Position numbers and translations under genes: made by a program. Source: Zygophlyctis sp. KS116 (taxonomy: Eukaryota; Fungi; Chytridiomycota). From it: DNA of 32,000 bases. The notes beneath the pieces are model-generated. The model saw nothing but the letters and a program-made list of their open reading frames with translations, was not told the origin of the DNA and did no database searches. Of this stretch, positions 1 through 10,422 are shown in pieces. Location: positions 30,001-62,000 of the forward strand of contig BAAFSQ010000023.1 in NCBI GenBank assembly GCA_054661495.1, read 5' to 3'. Position 1 is the stretch's first letter, and each line of letters opens with the position of its first letter.

Positions 1-648
1 TCGCAGTTGCGGTCTCTACTTATTTGAAGAGTTGGAAAGCTCAACAGAGGCATTAGACAAAGGCTCAAGCACATTTGCTCTATGCCTTGATTTTAAGTAT
101 CAGCTAATCAATTGTCTACTTCGTTGCTGGCCTCTAGAAAAACGATCAGAAATGTTAAATATATTTCATCCAATGGAATGCATTTGTATTTTACTTAAAT
201 TCATGCAAGATCTGATTATTAACAGTGCATATGTTCTTTCAGAGGATTTTCAAGCAATCAGGGCTCTAATTCATAATGATTTTTTTACAGTCTATCAGGT
301 CTATTCTTATGTAATTCTTTGGATGCATTACAAAGTTGATGATCCATACCTCTCTGATAAAAAAGACTATGACACATTTTTTAGCTCTTATACAAAAGAT
401 GAACGGTATTTTTTGTATTTTAATATCAGGAACAAAGTAATGGGTAGAATAGCTAGTGATTTGTTGGACTATTTGCTCGAAAATATAGATAAAATCGACA
501 AACCGTGTAAATTACCACATATGGAGGTTCTGATTCCTCTTTTAAGTGATACTCACCTGATTAGATTTTGGAAATTCTTTAGTCTGCTTGATGCACCAAA
601 AGGTGATTTTTTACGTTCTAAACTGTAGAAATTTATAAAGCTTCTTAA
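1..648 (+). CDS. 3' part of a hypothetical protein, 5'-truncated by the window edge
   Basis: Frame is open from nt 2 to the TAG at 626-628. A 26-nt GT..AG intron (603-628) would give ...APK/EIYKAS* with the stop at 646-648. No recognisable motif; the 3' end is ambiguous. Confidence 0.55.
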
Positions 649-782
649 TCCGATTCAAAAAGAACAATTATTACAAAGAAATTGTAGATTTGAGAAATAC
701 ATAGAAACGCTCGGAATAGAATAAATATATAAAAGAAAAAGTAATTCGTTTACTTTGTCCCAATTGATAAAATGAAAGGTTT

Positions 783-855
783 TGGAGAAGGCCGGCATTG
801 ATCCGGCTACCCCTTGAATGCGAATCAAGTGCTCTACCATTTGAGCTACATCCCC
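783..855 (-). tRNA. tRNA-Ala (anticodon CGC), intronless
   Basis: Minus strand reads GGGGATGTAGCTCAAATGGTAGAGCACTTGATTCGCATTCAAGGGGTAGCCGGATCAATGCCGGCCTTCTCCA. It folds into a cloverleaf with anticodon stem CTTGA/TCAAG, loop TTCGCAT, the G3:U70 alanine identity pair and discriminator A73. A T4 run (769-772) follows. Confidence 0.95.
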
Positions 856-973
856 ACCACGTCTTGGAAAAATTTGTGTTATTTATATACTGTTATGTTT
901 TACAAGTATATTTTCACCTCTTTCTCAGAACATTTGTGGATGGATATAAGTCAATTTAAAAACAAGATTAAAA

Positions 974-3181
974 TCATTTCTTACATTTTCCAGTTAAAAT
1001 AATCTTTTCGGACTGCCCCATATCTCCCTTGATCACCAAAAAGCCATTAAATGAGCCGGTCTGAATTGGCGTGAATGCGACCGGAAATTCAATGTAGGAT
1101 TTACCATCAATGCATAATTCATCGGCTGGTATTGCAAATGGCCCAGATATATATAGTTTGAATTTGGAAGGTTTCGCACGATTATTGCATACATAAATAT
1201 TTAAAGATGGATTTGTTCGTAGTCGTACATCACCAAAGTTAAGAGTTTGCTTGGATGATTGTTTCAGTGGCAAGATTCGTTTTTGAGGTTCGGTCTGTAT
1301 AAGACGTGTCTTAGACTTGGCTTGATTAGGAGTTTGATGTAAATATTCACCATTGGGCAAAGAGCATCGTGGTCTTGAATTATTTCGTGCTTCTGAATGA
1401 GGATTGAGAGATTCACCCTTTAATTCTAATACTATTATATGGTTTTGTACTCTTAAATGATATGTTTGAGTATGAATACCAGCAATCAATGGGAAAAAAG
1501 AAATAGAGAGTATTATATCGGAGCCTGAAAGAACTTTTCCTTTGCTTTGGATAAACCTAAAGATAATATCATCAACAGTATGCTTGTTTTGTGATTCAAT
1601 ATCCACATAGGGATTTCCAACCGATTTTACGGTCCAAATTGCATCCTTGGCTGTTGGATTATTGATAGATATTGAGATTCTAGATTCATGGCGATATTCT
1701 ACCGCAGGGAAAATAATGTCCATTCTATTGCTTTCCATACTTATTAATGACAGGTTTTGAGCACTAGATTTGTCAAGATCTTGATTATAAAGGTCCCCAA
1801 TTTTATCTTCTACATTTGTTTTGGCTTTAAAAGAGTCATCAATACTACCAACGGCGTTTTTTTCAATTGTATCAATCGATTCTTGATAAATACGTGAAGA
1901 CGGTGATGAATACAAAGGAGGTCGAACTAATCTTGATCCCCTTGGGGTTTGAAGCTAGAAGTGAGACTTTACAAAAACTTTACTAATTTGTTTGAATCAG
2001 TTGGTGTGGCATCAATTGGATCAAGTAAACAACCGGCTGCATCTGTTTTAGGAGTATACCACAAAGGTCTTTCAATGCCTATTTTATTATTTCCCAGCTG
2101 ACCCATTTTCCCACTTTTTTGACTAAAGAACTGACCAGGAGACATAAATTTGTCTACTGGCGGAATAGAACGTGGAGTAGATGGAATATCAACTATTTCG
2201 AGAGCTTTAATTTCTCCCAAATCATGTCCTAATATTCCAGATTTACAATCCTCATTAGAAATCTGACTAAATATTTCTGAAATATCATCTATGACAATTA
2301 TTTTAATAAAAAAAACCTGCAGAACAAAAGTCTTCATTTAAAAGATCTAAGACTGGCAAATTTTGAGAATCATTCAGAGTCATATCCATCTCTAGAATTA
2401 TTTATATCAATTTTACATACCAGCTTTTAGATTTTTAAAATCATCTATAATGCTTGATTTTAACTCTTGAGCACTAAAATTACTCTCTTCAAAGATTGAT
2501 CGCCTAGTTTTTTCCTTTCCTTCCTGCGATATTAACTCGGCTGAAGGTTTAGAGAATGGACTATTGATTACAAATCCATGTTCTGCAGATTGATTATCCT
2601 CCAGAAATGGATCATTTTCGATCAAATTAGAAAGTCTATTTTCTCCTATCTCTAATTTAGAAACTTGTGTGACAAAGGGGTCTAATTCCAATAAACCGGA
2701 ACCATTTTGAACGTCATCAATAACTCCATTTTTTGCATCGGACTGATCTTGTTCTATCGTGTTGTATTCCTTTTCTGCACCGTCTATATCATCTATACCT
2801 TTTAAATCCTTCTCTTCATTGAGTTCTAGCGATTCTCCCAAATAAGACGGATAGTTTGTAATAGATAAATCATTGTCCAGATCACACATATACGAATCTA
2901 TGTGTTTATAAATTTCATTACTGAAATCTACAGTTAAAATAGTTTACATACCAATGGCTGAAACAGTCGTACTTGTCCTTGCGCTTATTGTTTTTTCCAT
3001 GACAGACTCTGCAAAAGTGACTATCATGAGACGTTGCGAGCGAACCTTTTCTTTTATCGTTTAACTGCGTTTCTCTTCCTTCTACGGTCTCTACTGCGTT
3101 AAGCTTTGCTTGACTAAAAGAGTCTTCCAAGTTGTCACTGAGAAGTGCATCAATGTGACCGAGGAGATTTCCTAGCATCAT
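974..3181 (-). CDS. CEP192: CEP192/SPD-2-like centrosomal protein (acidic disordered N-terminus, two C-terminal ASH/PapD-like domains)
   Basis: Spliced with introns 3021-3045, 2928-2951, 2392-2420, 2289-2316, 1955-1983. FPAV..ISINN...WTVKSVGNPYV...SISFFP..G...Q and LNFGDV...VCNN...GPF...FPVAFTP...GSFNGFLVI...IILTG resemble the last two CEP192 Ig-like domains. An RKVTF (RVxF) motif lies near the N-terminus. Confidence 0.7.
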
Positions 3182-3228
3182 TTAAGGAAATTGGAAATTA
3201 TGGATTTCTCCGCAAAAAAATTCAACAA

Positions 3229-5521
3229 TTATAAATCATCTATTTCCATATCAACTTCATCACTGTCTATTTGTCTATTAAAACCGCTAAGCGATGAAGG
3301 TTCCCTTGCCGGAGGAAAGAATAATGGGGTCGGATCGCTTAGGCCCAAAGGACTGAAAGAAAATGAAGAATTTCCACTAGGCGCGATGTTTGAATCAATT
3401 CCAAAGAAATCTAGTCTTTTTGAAGGATTTGAAGGACTAGATTCTTCTAGTGGTTGATTAAAAAGTCTAGTCTTGAAAGACGAAATAAATAACTCGGAAT
3501 TTTGAAGGCGTGAAGGTGAGTTATCCACAAATGGATCAGTAAAAGGATCAGATGGCATATTCTTTGTTTGAGAACGAGTACGAACTCCTGCTAACTTTCT
3601 CGGTGTGGTAATCTCTTTTTTTGAAGTAACCAATGGTTTTCTTACTATAGACAATGACTGTGAATTATCGGATTCATTTTCAAAGTATTTGTGAAGATGT
3701 TTAGACTTTGCTTCATTTACATAAGATGGTTGAATAATTTTTATAGGGTCAACGTTGGCAAGATCATCTAGAACAGAGTCTAGAAGTTCCAGGTATCTAG
3801 GATTATCCGGTTCCAATTGTAGAGCTTTATGAAAGAACTCTATAGCCTTATCTAAATCTTTATCTAAATGAGCTAGTATTCCCAAGCCAGCAAATATTCC
3901 TGGATTTGTTGGATTTGTGAGCATAGCATCGTTAAAAGCCTTTTTGGCTTTACTGTACATTCTAATATTTTAAATAATTAAAGAATACTCCAGTTTCCTA
4001 TAGGCGTGTCCAAGATTGAAAAGAATAGTCTCTCTTAGTAGTGATTTTGAAGTTGAAGAAATTACAGAAAGTGCAGACTGGAACTTTGAGATTGCATCTT
4101 CATATCTTAATTTAAGAAAATAAAAAACTACTTTTCAAGATTATAGTATAGAATTCCAAGTTCTTGTAATAGTAAAGGATCTAGTTTACAAATATCATAT
4201 GCTAAAAGCAGATATTCTTTAGAGAGTGTATAGTTTCCAACTTTTAAATGTTGCATCCCAATGTACATGAATGGGACGTGACTCCTTGAGAATTAACCGG
4301 TAAAATTACCCTTTAATAATTTTCGATGCCGATGAATAGGCGAAAATAGCTTGATCACTTTCATCTTCTAGAGCAAAAGAATGTCCGAAACCAATCCATG
4401 CGCATCCCAACAAAGGATTTATTGAAGATGCTTTACTAAAATACCGTCTAGCTTCATGATGTTTTTTTGTCAATAGATAAAATGAACCAACTGCAAACCA
4501 AGGTATCGCTTCTTCTGGATGAGAATCTACCAACTGATGCGCTAGAAGAAATAATTTATTTTCTTCCTTTAGTTCATAGAGACATGAAATATGCAGTGCC
4601 AGAACTGAGGGAGAAAATGGATCTAAATTCAACAATTTACTTGTTTGAGACAATACAGCATCATAATCAGTCCGCATAAATAAATCCTGCACTTCTGTCA
4701 GTATAATATCAGAATCATTTTGCAAATTATATTTTGCAGCCAATTTCTTTGTCTCTTTCCTTTCCGGAGACCAAAATTCCTATTCCTTAATTCCAATAAT
4801 TACTTTTAACACCTGATTCTTAAATAACAATCTCGAAAAATCTTCAAATTTTGGCCCAAACTTTCCAAAAGAAATTGAATTAATTAATTCTTCTTCTTCT
4901 TCACGACTTAACAGATTATTTTTAATTATCCATTCAAATGCCTGTAAATAAAAAAGAAATATAAAATACCTGAAAACATCTAAAATCTATCTGCACTGCA
5001 TCAATTAAACACGCTTTAGCCAGTTTCGGTTTATTCAAGTGTGAATAAGCTACACCACAGAGATATAGCTCTACCGCTTTAAACTATTTTTAAAAAGAAT
5101 TAAACCACCTTTATACCATTACTATTAGTTTTTGTAGTAGAAGAACCATCCTGTAAAATCTCCAAGACTCTATTCCATTTTTCTAACTTAACCTGAAATA
5201 CTTAAAAAATATAAGTTACAGCAACTTGTGCAGCCAATATTCTACATTCACTTGTTCCTAGAGCCGTAGTAGACTCTAGTAATTTTTCAGCACGAACCCA
5301 TTCATTCTGACAATAATATATTTTAGCCAAATGCAGTATATCATCAATAGATCCTAAATATTTGATAATAACGATTTACCAGTCATTGATACCAACTTTT
5401 TTGCCCAAAATAAAGCACTATCATACATTTGCAATTCCATTGCCGAGTTCCTCCAGTCTCTCAACGGAGCACAGAAATTAGTAGAAAAGCTCTCGGACGT
5501 TGCTGTTTTATGAGAATTCAT
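3229..5521 (-). CDS. CDC16: Anaphase-promoting complex subunit Cdc16/Cut9/APC6 (TPR protein)
   Basis: Motifs LRDWRNSAMELQMYDSALFWAKKL, LFLLAHQLVDSHPEEAIPWFAVGSFY, ARRYFSKAS..AWIGFGHSFALEDESDQAIFAY, AIEFFHKAL. Eight short GT-AG introns restore the frame (e.g. 5354-5379, 5193-5219, 5084-5109, 4942-4969). Confidence 0.93.
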
Positions 5522-5699
5522 TGCAATATTCGCGTCCAAAGTCCGAAATTGATTTACTTTATCAAGTACACATGGTTTGAGTTGTTGATCTGATTAATGA
5601 TCGATGACATGTCTAGAGTCAATGATCTGAAACATGATCGGTGATCATCTTTAACTGGAATTAATGCATGGCTGAACGACGGTACAAATTTTAGGAAAA

Positions 5700-7990
5700 A
5701 TGAAGGTGGAAAAGAACTCTTTTAGAATCTTAAAGACTACTTCCGGGAGTCTTGTCGTTGAATCTCCTCTACGGTTGGATAGTCAAGGAAGAGAACCAAA
5801 GGATGTCTTGGTTATTGATGATAACGTTTCTATAAAGGAGAAGGCTGCAGTATATCCAACATCGACTCATGAAATACAATCAGCAATCCAATCAGTTGGG
5901 ATTTTGGGGATTAAGCAGTTGACCGCTGGGAAATATCTCATTGTTGCTACTAAAAGGGAACTCGCAGCTACAATTCAGTTACACAAGATTTGGAGAATTA
6001 CGGGAGGTGAATGTATTTTTGTTGGGCAAAAGCAGGATGTATATTCTGATATAAAGAATAAAAAACAAAGTGAAAAGGAACTGTCAAAGGTATTTTATAA
6101 GAATGTTTACATTAGTTACTTTTAGATCAAACATTGATTAAACAATTATGTTCAATTTTGAATTCTGGGCAGTTGTATTTTTCTACAACGTATGATATTA
6201 CTCATTCTTTGCAACATAATCAAGTTTTACTAAAGGAAAAGAATATAGTTGATGATCGCTACTTTTTTAATTCTGATATGGCGAATTCTTTAAAGAATAT
6301 TTCTCAAGATCCTTGGCTTATAAAGGCTATTGTGGGTTTTGCTGGATCAGTAGATATTGAATATATAAAGGATGGTAATAATGAAGAAGAAAATACTCAA
6401 AATTCTTCAAGATTATTTACAGTTACACTTTTATCTAGACTTAATCATCGTCGTATTGGTACACGATATGTGAGAAGAGGACTTGATTTTCAGGGTAATG
6501 CTGCAAATAATGTTGAAATGGAACAAGTTGTATTTCATCATGATTTTTTCAAGAATAAAGCAATCTCAAGTTTCATTCAAATGCGTGGATCTGCTCCGGC
6601 AATTTGGGGACAAGAATTAGATTTAAGCTATAAGCCTAAACTAATGATTGCGGATATAACTAAGCCAGATATTTGGAATGCGATTGAAAGTCATTATAAG
6701 GATATGTTGGCCCAGTATTCGTCTGATACTAAAGGAAAAAAAGATCTAGGAAAAATTATATGCGTGAATTTGCTAGACACTGGTATTGCATACATTTTTT
6801 TAAAAAATAGCTAAATTTGAGGGACAGTTGACTGAAACTTATGAAGAAACAGTAAAGCGGTTAAAAAATGATAAAATTGAATATGAAGGTATGGTTTTGA
6901 ACTTTTAAAAGAATAGAATTTCCTGTTCATAAATATTGCAAGAATATGAACTATCGAAATATGGATATTTTGCTTGATCGTGTCCGACAACGACTCGTAA
7001 ATTCAGGATGGTTGGTAGGAGAAGGCGCTGTACCTTCTGTTGAGACCTCTAAATCATCATTTCGGGTTTTCAAGTCACAGACTGGCTTTGCTCGTGTGTC
7101 TTGTCTCGATTCTTTGGATAGAACCAACTTAACTTGTGCTCTTTTTGCAAAGTATATCTTGGCATTTCAGGTACAGGAAGTATCACCAGATTTGCCTGCA
7201 GTTCACGTTCTCCATTCAAATGTGGTTCCGGCTGTTGAGACTAACGATGCTGCTTTTGTCACTAGGAAAGCAATTGAATCCCAGATCTCTCGGGTCACCA
7301 ATCTCTGGGCAGATTCGGGTGATTCTATTTCATTGCTTTATGCAGGAACCGGGGCTTTGAAGGCCGATGTTACTAGAACAGGAAGGCGCTTATTTTTCAA
7401 GGGACCCTTTGATGACGGATTGAACTCCGTTACTCGTTATTATTTGAATAATGTAATTTGCAAAAATTGATAGAGTATAGTTTGCGGATGGGATGAAGCA
7501 AGATTCTTTTGATGTTTGGACCGGAAAGATCTCGCTTGAAAAACTTAATGATTATGCCAGCACAAAAGGATTAAAGGATCTTGATCGCTATAACCAAGTT
7601 ATCGCTGACAAGGAAAAAAGTTATGTTTGGAATATTTTACCGGAATATGTAACAGAAAAGGTGGAGCAAATTTCTCAAGACGTGGAAGAGTATAAGAAGC
7701 CGCATCTAAGCGTCAAGTCTCATTTTGATCGTGACAATAACCCGGTGTCCTTTGTAGCTCTTATTATCAAGTCTCTCAAGGCGCTTGCACCGGAGAGAAT
7801 TACATGTTTTTGGGACCTTTTTATGGCACTGTCTATTTTCTACTACATAATGATTCTGGTTTTAGTGTTCAGAGTAGACGGATTTATGATTGTCAATCGT
7901 CCTCGCTTTTCCACCGAATACGAATCTCTACGAATGCTTGTAGGTAAAGCGGAAAAAGCTGCTAGCAAAGTCGACAAAAAGAGAGATTAG
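5700..7990 (+). CDS. SAC1: Sac1 phosphoinositide phosphatase
   Basis: Motifs LYFSTTYDITHSLQ, GTRYVRRGLD..GNAANNVEMEQ, SSFIQMRGSAP, CX5RT (CLDSLDRTN), LWADSGDSISLLYAGTGALK, RYYLNNFADG. C-terminal hydrophobic segment and KKxx end. Introns 6090-6115, 6783-6810, 6889-6916, 7453-7480. Confidence 0.92.
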
Positions 7991-8012
7991 AAATTACTAT
8001 TGATCGAAAAAG

Positions 8013-10403
8013 TTACAAATTATTAAATATCATCTGCCATCTTTGAGTAAAACTCGCAGGGGAAAATTTTTGTCGGAAATCCGCTGCATTCTGCCATCTA
8101 TGAAGTTGATACTTCTCCTTTCCAAACGAATACGATTCTCTATCAAGCTTTGCCAGCCAGAATTCAGTCTCGGCGGTAAATAATAGAACAAGATCGTCAG
8201 ACAAGCGCATTGACTGGCAATCTATTAATATTAAGCTTGCATGATCATAACGATTGATAATTATAGATTGATTGGCGCTAGTTATATATTGAAATTCTGA
8301 AAAATCGGTATTCCATGAGGAGTCTTCTATTATTTCGTAAATACCGCCACATTGCGTGGTTATTACAGGAGTTCCAGTTCCCAAAGCTTCTAAAACCACT
8401 ATTGGAACCCCTTCAAAAATTGAAGTTAGTAACAGAATTGATTGTGATGACTTCAATAGTTCTAATTGTATACTATCATGGGATAATGCACCAGTCCAAG
8501 TCAGTCGACGACTTAGCTCAGTGAAATCTGAAAAAACGTGATTTCTCAAATCAAGTGATAAAGGTCCATCTCCAATAATTCTCGCTTTTGCATGAGTCAT
8601 CCTAGCTGCAATTTTTATAAATAAAATAGGCATTTTCTGAATATCCAACCTTCCAATAAATAAAAGAGTCGGTTCGATCGATGAGTCTGCAAAACACATT
8701 TTTAATAAATCACACTGATGAATTGCTACATTTAGGTCTAAAGGGGGGTAGATAACCACTATTTGATTTTGCTGTTTAGATGATAATGGCCGGAAAATGC
8801 CTTTCTGTCCCAAAGTCTGATCACCATTACCAATAATATTTATAAAATACGACTGATTTAAATATCAAAAAAAATACCTTGAGAGCTTGGCTTACAACTA
8901 CTCTTTTTTGCATCGTCCAAGCTACTTGACCTCCTCTCCATTCCCATGAATCTCGCAACCCAGGCTCATATAAGTGAAGAATATCCAATTTTTTAAGATT
9001 CAAGAACATGTGGTCATGTGATAAGCTCCAGCGTTTAAATGCTCTATAGCCAGCTATTGTCTTGGAATTTATCACAATCTTTGTGTTTCTCGATCGAACA
9101 ATATAGTCAATAAGATGATCTTCAACTAAAGTGTTGTTTGTCATTCTTTGCAAATGAAAAACTTCATCCGCTAATTCAACAAAAAGATTTTGCCATGGGT
9201 GGACCTGTATATGTCTGGCAACAACTAGTGTGATATGATAATTTTTTGAAGAGTCTAACTTTAGAGATTGCAAAACGTTTAAGTCGTATAAATCGGCACC
9301 TCCCATTACCATCCAAGGTATCATATACAATACCCCAATCTTTCCTCCAATAATTTTCGTTTGCATACGGCTTAAAACATTTTCAATATCCAATGTTTGT
9401 ATCCATGAATACGACTGACACCAGTTTTTCTCAATAATTGGCATTCTGCCGAATGTTTTCCCGAAAAATGAAAATGAATTCGTTGCGCTAACCGAATTAT
9501 AGCAGGGGAAATGTTTTGAGCTTTTCCCTCTTTCACCAAGAAATTGGCAGAAAAATGATTTAGAGAGGTCGCCAAAAGCGACTGGATTGTGTTCCTTTAA
9601 TTCTTTCTTCCATTCGGTTTCGGAAACATTTCGAATGAGCATTTTACTTTGACCTTTCTCATGCCGCCTGTAGTGAAAAAGAGGCTCCCTAAGTAGCTGA
9701 CCATGAAATCCCATACTATTCAACCGTAACCAAAAGTCGTAATCTTCATAGTAGTTGATAATTGATCTTGGGCACATACCTCCAACGTGCAAATATAAAT
9801 CCCTTGAAATTAATGCTGTAGAAGTGAGATAGTTTTCCCGACGCAGCCTTAAAGAATCATACTCTGCAAATACCTCATCACTTTTATCACCAAAATGCCT
9901 TGTTCCAGAGTATACGAACCCAATATATACGTCCTGATAATGTTTTACTGGAGTCCCTAACAAGGGCACACCAAAAAGTAGCAATTTCTCTAGAGCCACC
10001 GGGTCAAGAATATCATCTGGATCCAGAAAGAGTATAAATGGAGCTCTTGCACTCATTACCCCAGAGTTTCTTGAGCAGGCTAGTCCTTGATTCCACTTAT
10101 GATGAATTATTCGGACATCAAAACTTGCATCAACATTAAAAGTGGGATCGGCATCATCGATTATAATAACTTCAAAGTTCCTTAGTGTTTGTGAGGCCAA
10201 AGATTCCAGTGTTTCTTTGAACCATTCATGGCTGGCTCTGAAGCTAGGAATAATCACGGACACTAGTGGATCTTTGTCTTCTTCAACAGAAGAGGGTGGT
10301 TCATAATTCTATGTCTATAAATATAAAAACAGCGTACTAAATATCGAAAAATTAACGCTGCTAGAATAGTTATCAATATATGATATATTTTAGGTTTTAT
10401 CAT
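8013..10403 (-). CDS. Bifunctional glycosyltransferase: N-terminal anchor + GT2 (GT-A) + GT4-like (GT-B)
   Basis: ATG at 10403 (MIKPKIYHILITILAALIFRYL); introns 10309-10337 and 8853-8877. GT2 motifs VSVIIP, FEVIIIDD, NQGLACSRNSG, FLDPDD, YEDYDFWLR. GT4 motifs IPWMVMGGAD, FIGRLDIQK, EX7E (EGVPIVVLE), TPVITT..GG..EII. Confidence 0.85.
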
Positions 10404-10422
10404 AAATTAAATCTCAGAGGGT

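Noticed and set aside
783-785. Genomically encoded CCA tail on the tRNA
   Set aside because: These bases are C71, C72 and discriminator A73, not an added CCA.
655-1002. ORFs 655..840 and 814..1002
   Set aside because: They overlap the tRNA and AT-rich spacer and have no protein features.
2960-3030. HFCRVCH zinc-finger-like motif in ORF 2918..3181
   Set aside because: It arises from reading through intron 3021-3045 into the wrong frame; the spliced frame reads KVTFAESVMEKT.
5581-5680. Possible C/D box snoRNA (terminal GTTGTT/AACGAC, CTGA boxes, ATGCATGG complementary to the 18S 5' end)
   Set aside because: There is no proper RTGATGA C box at the 5' stem, the guide match is only 8 nt, and the region must also serve as a divergent promoter.
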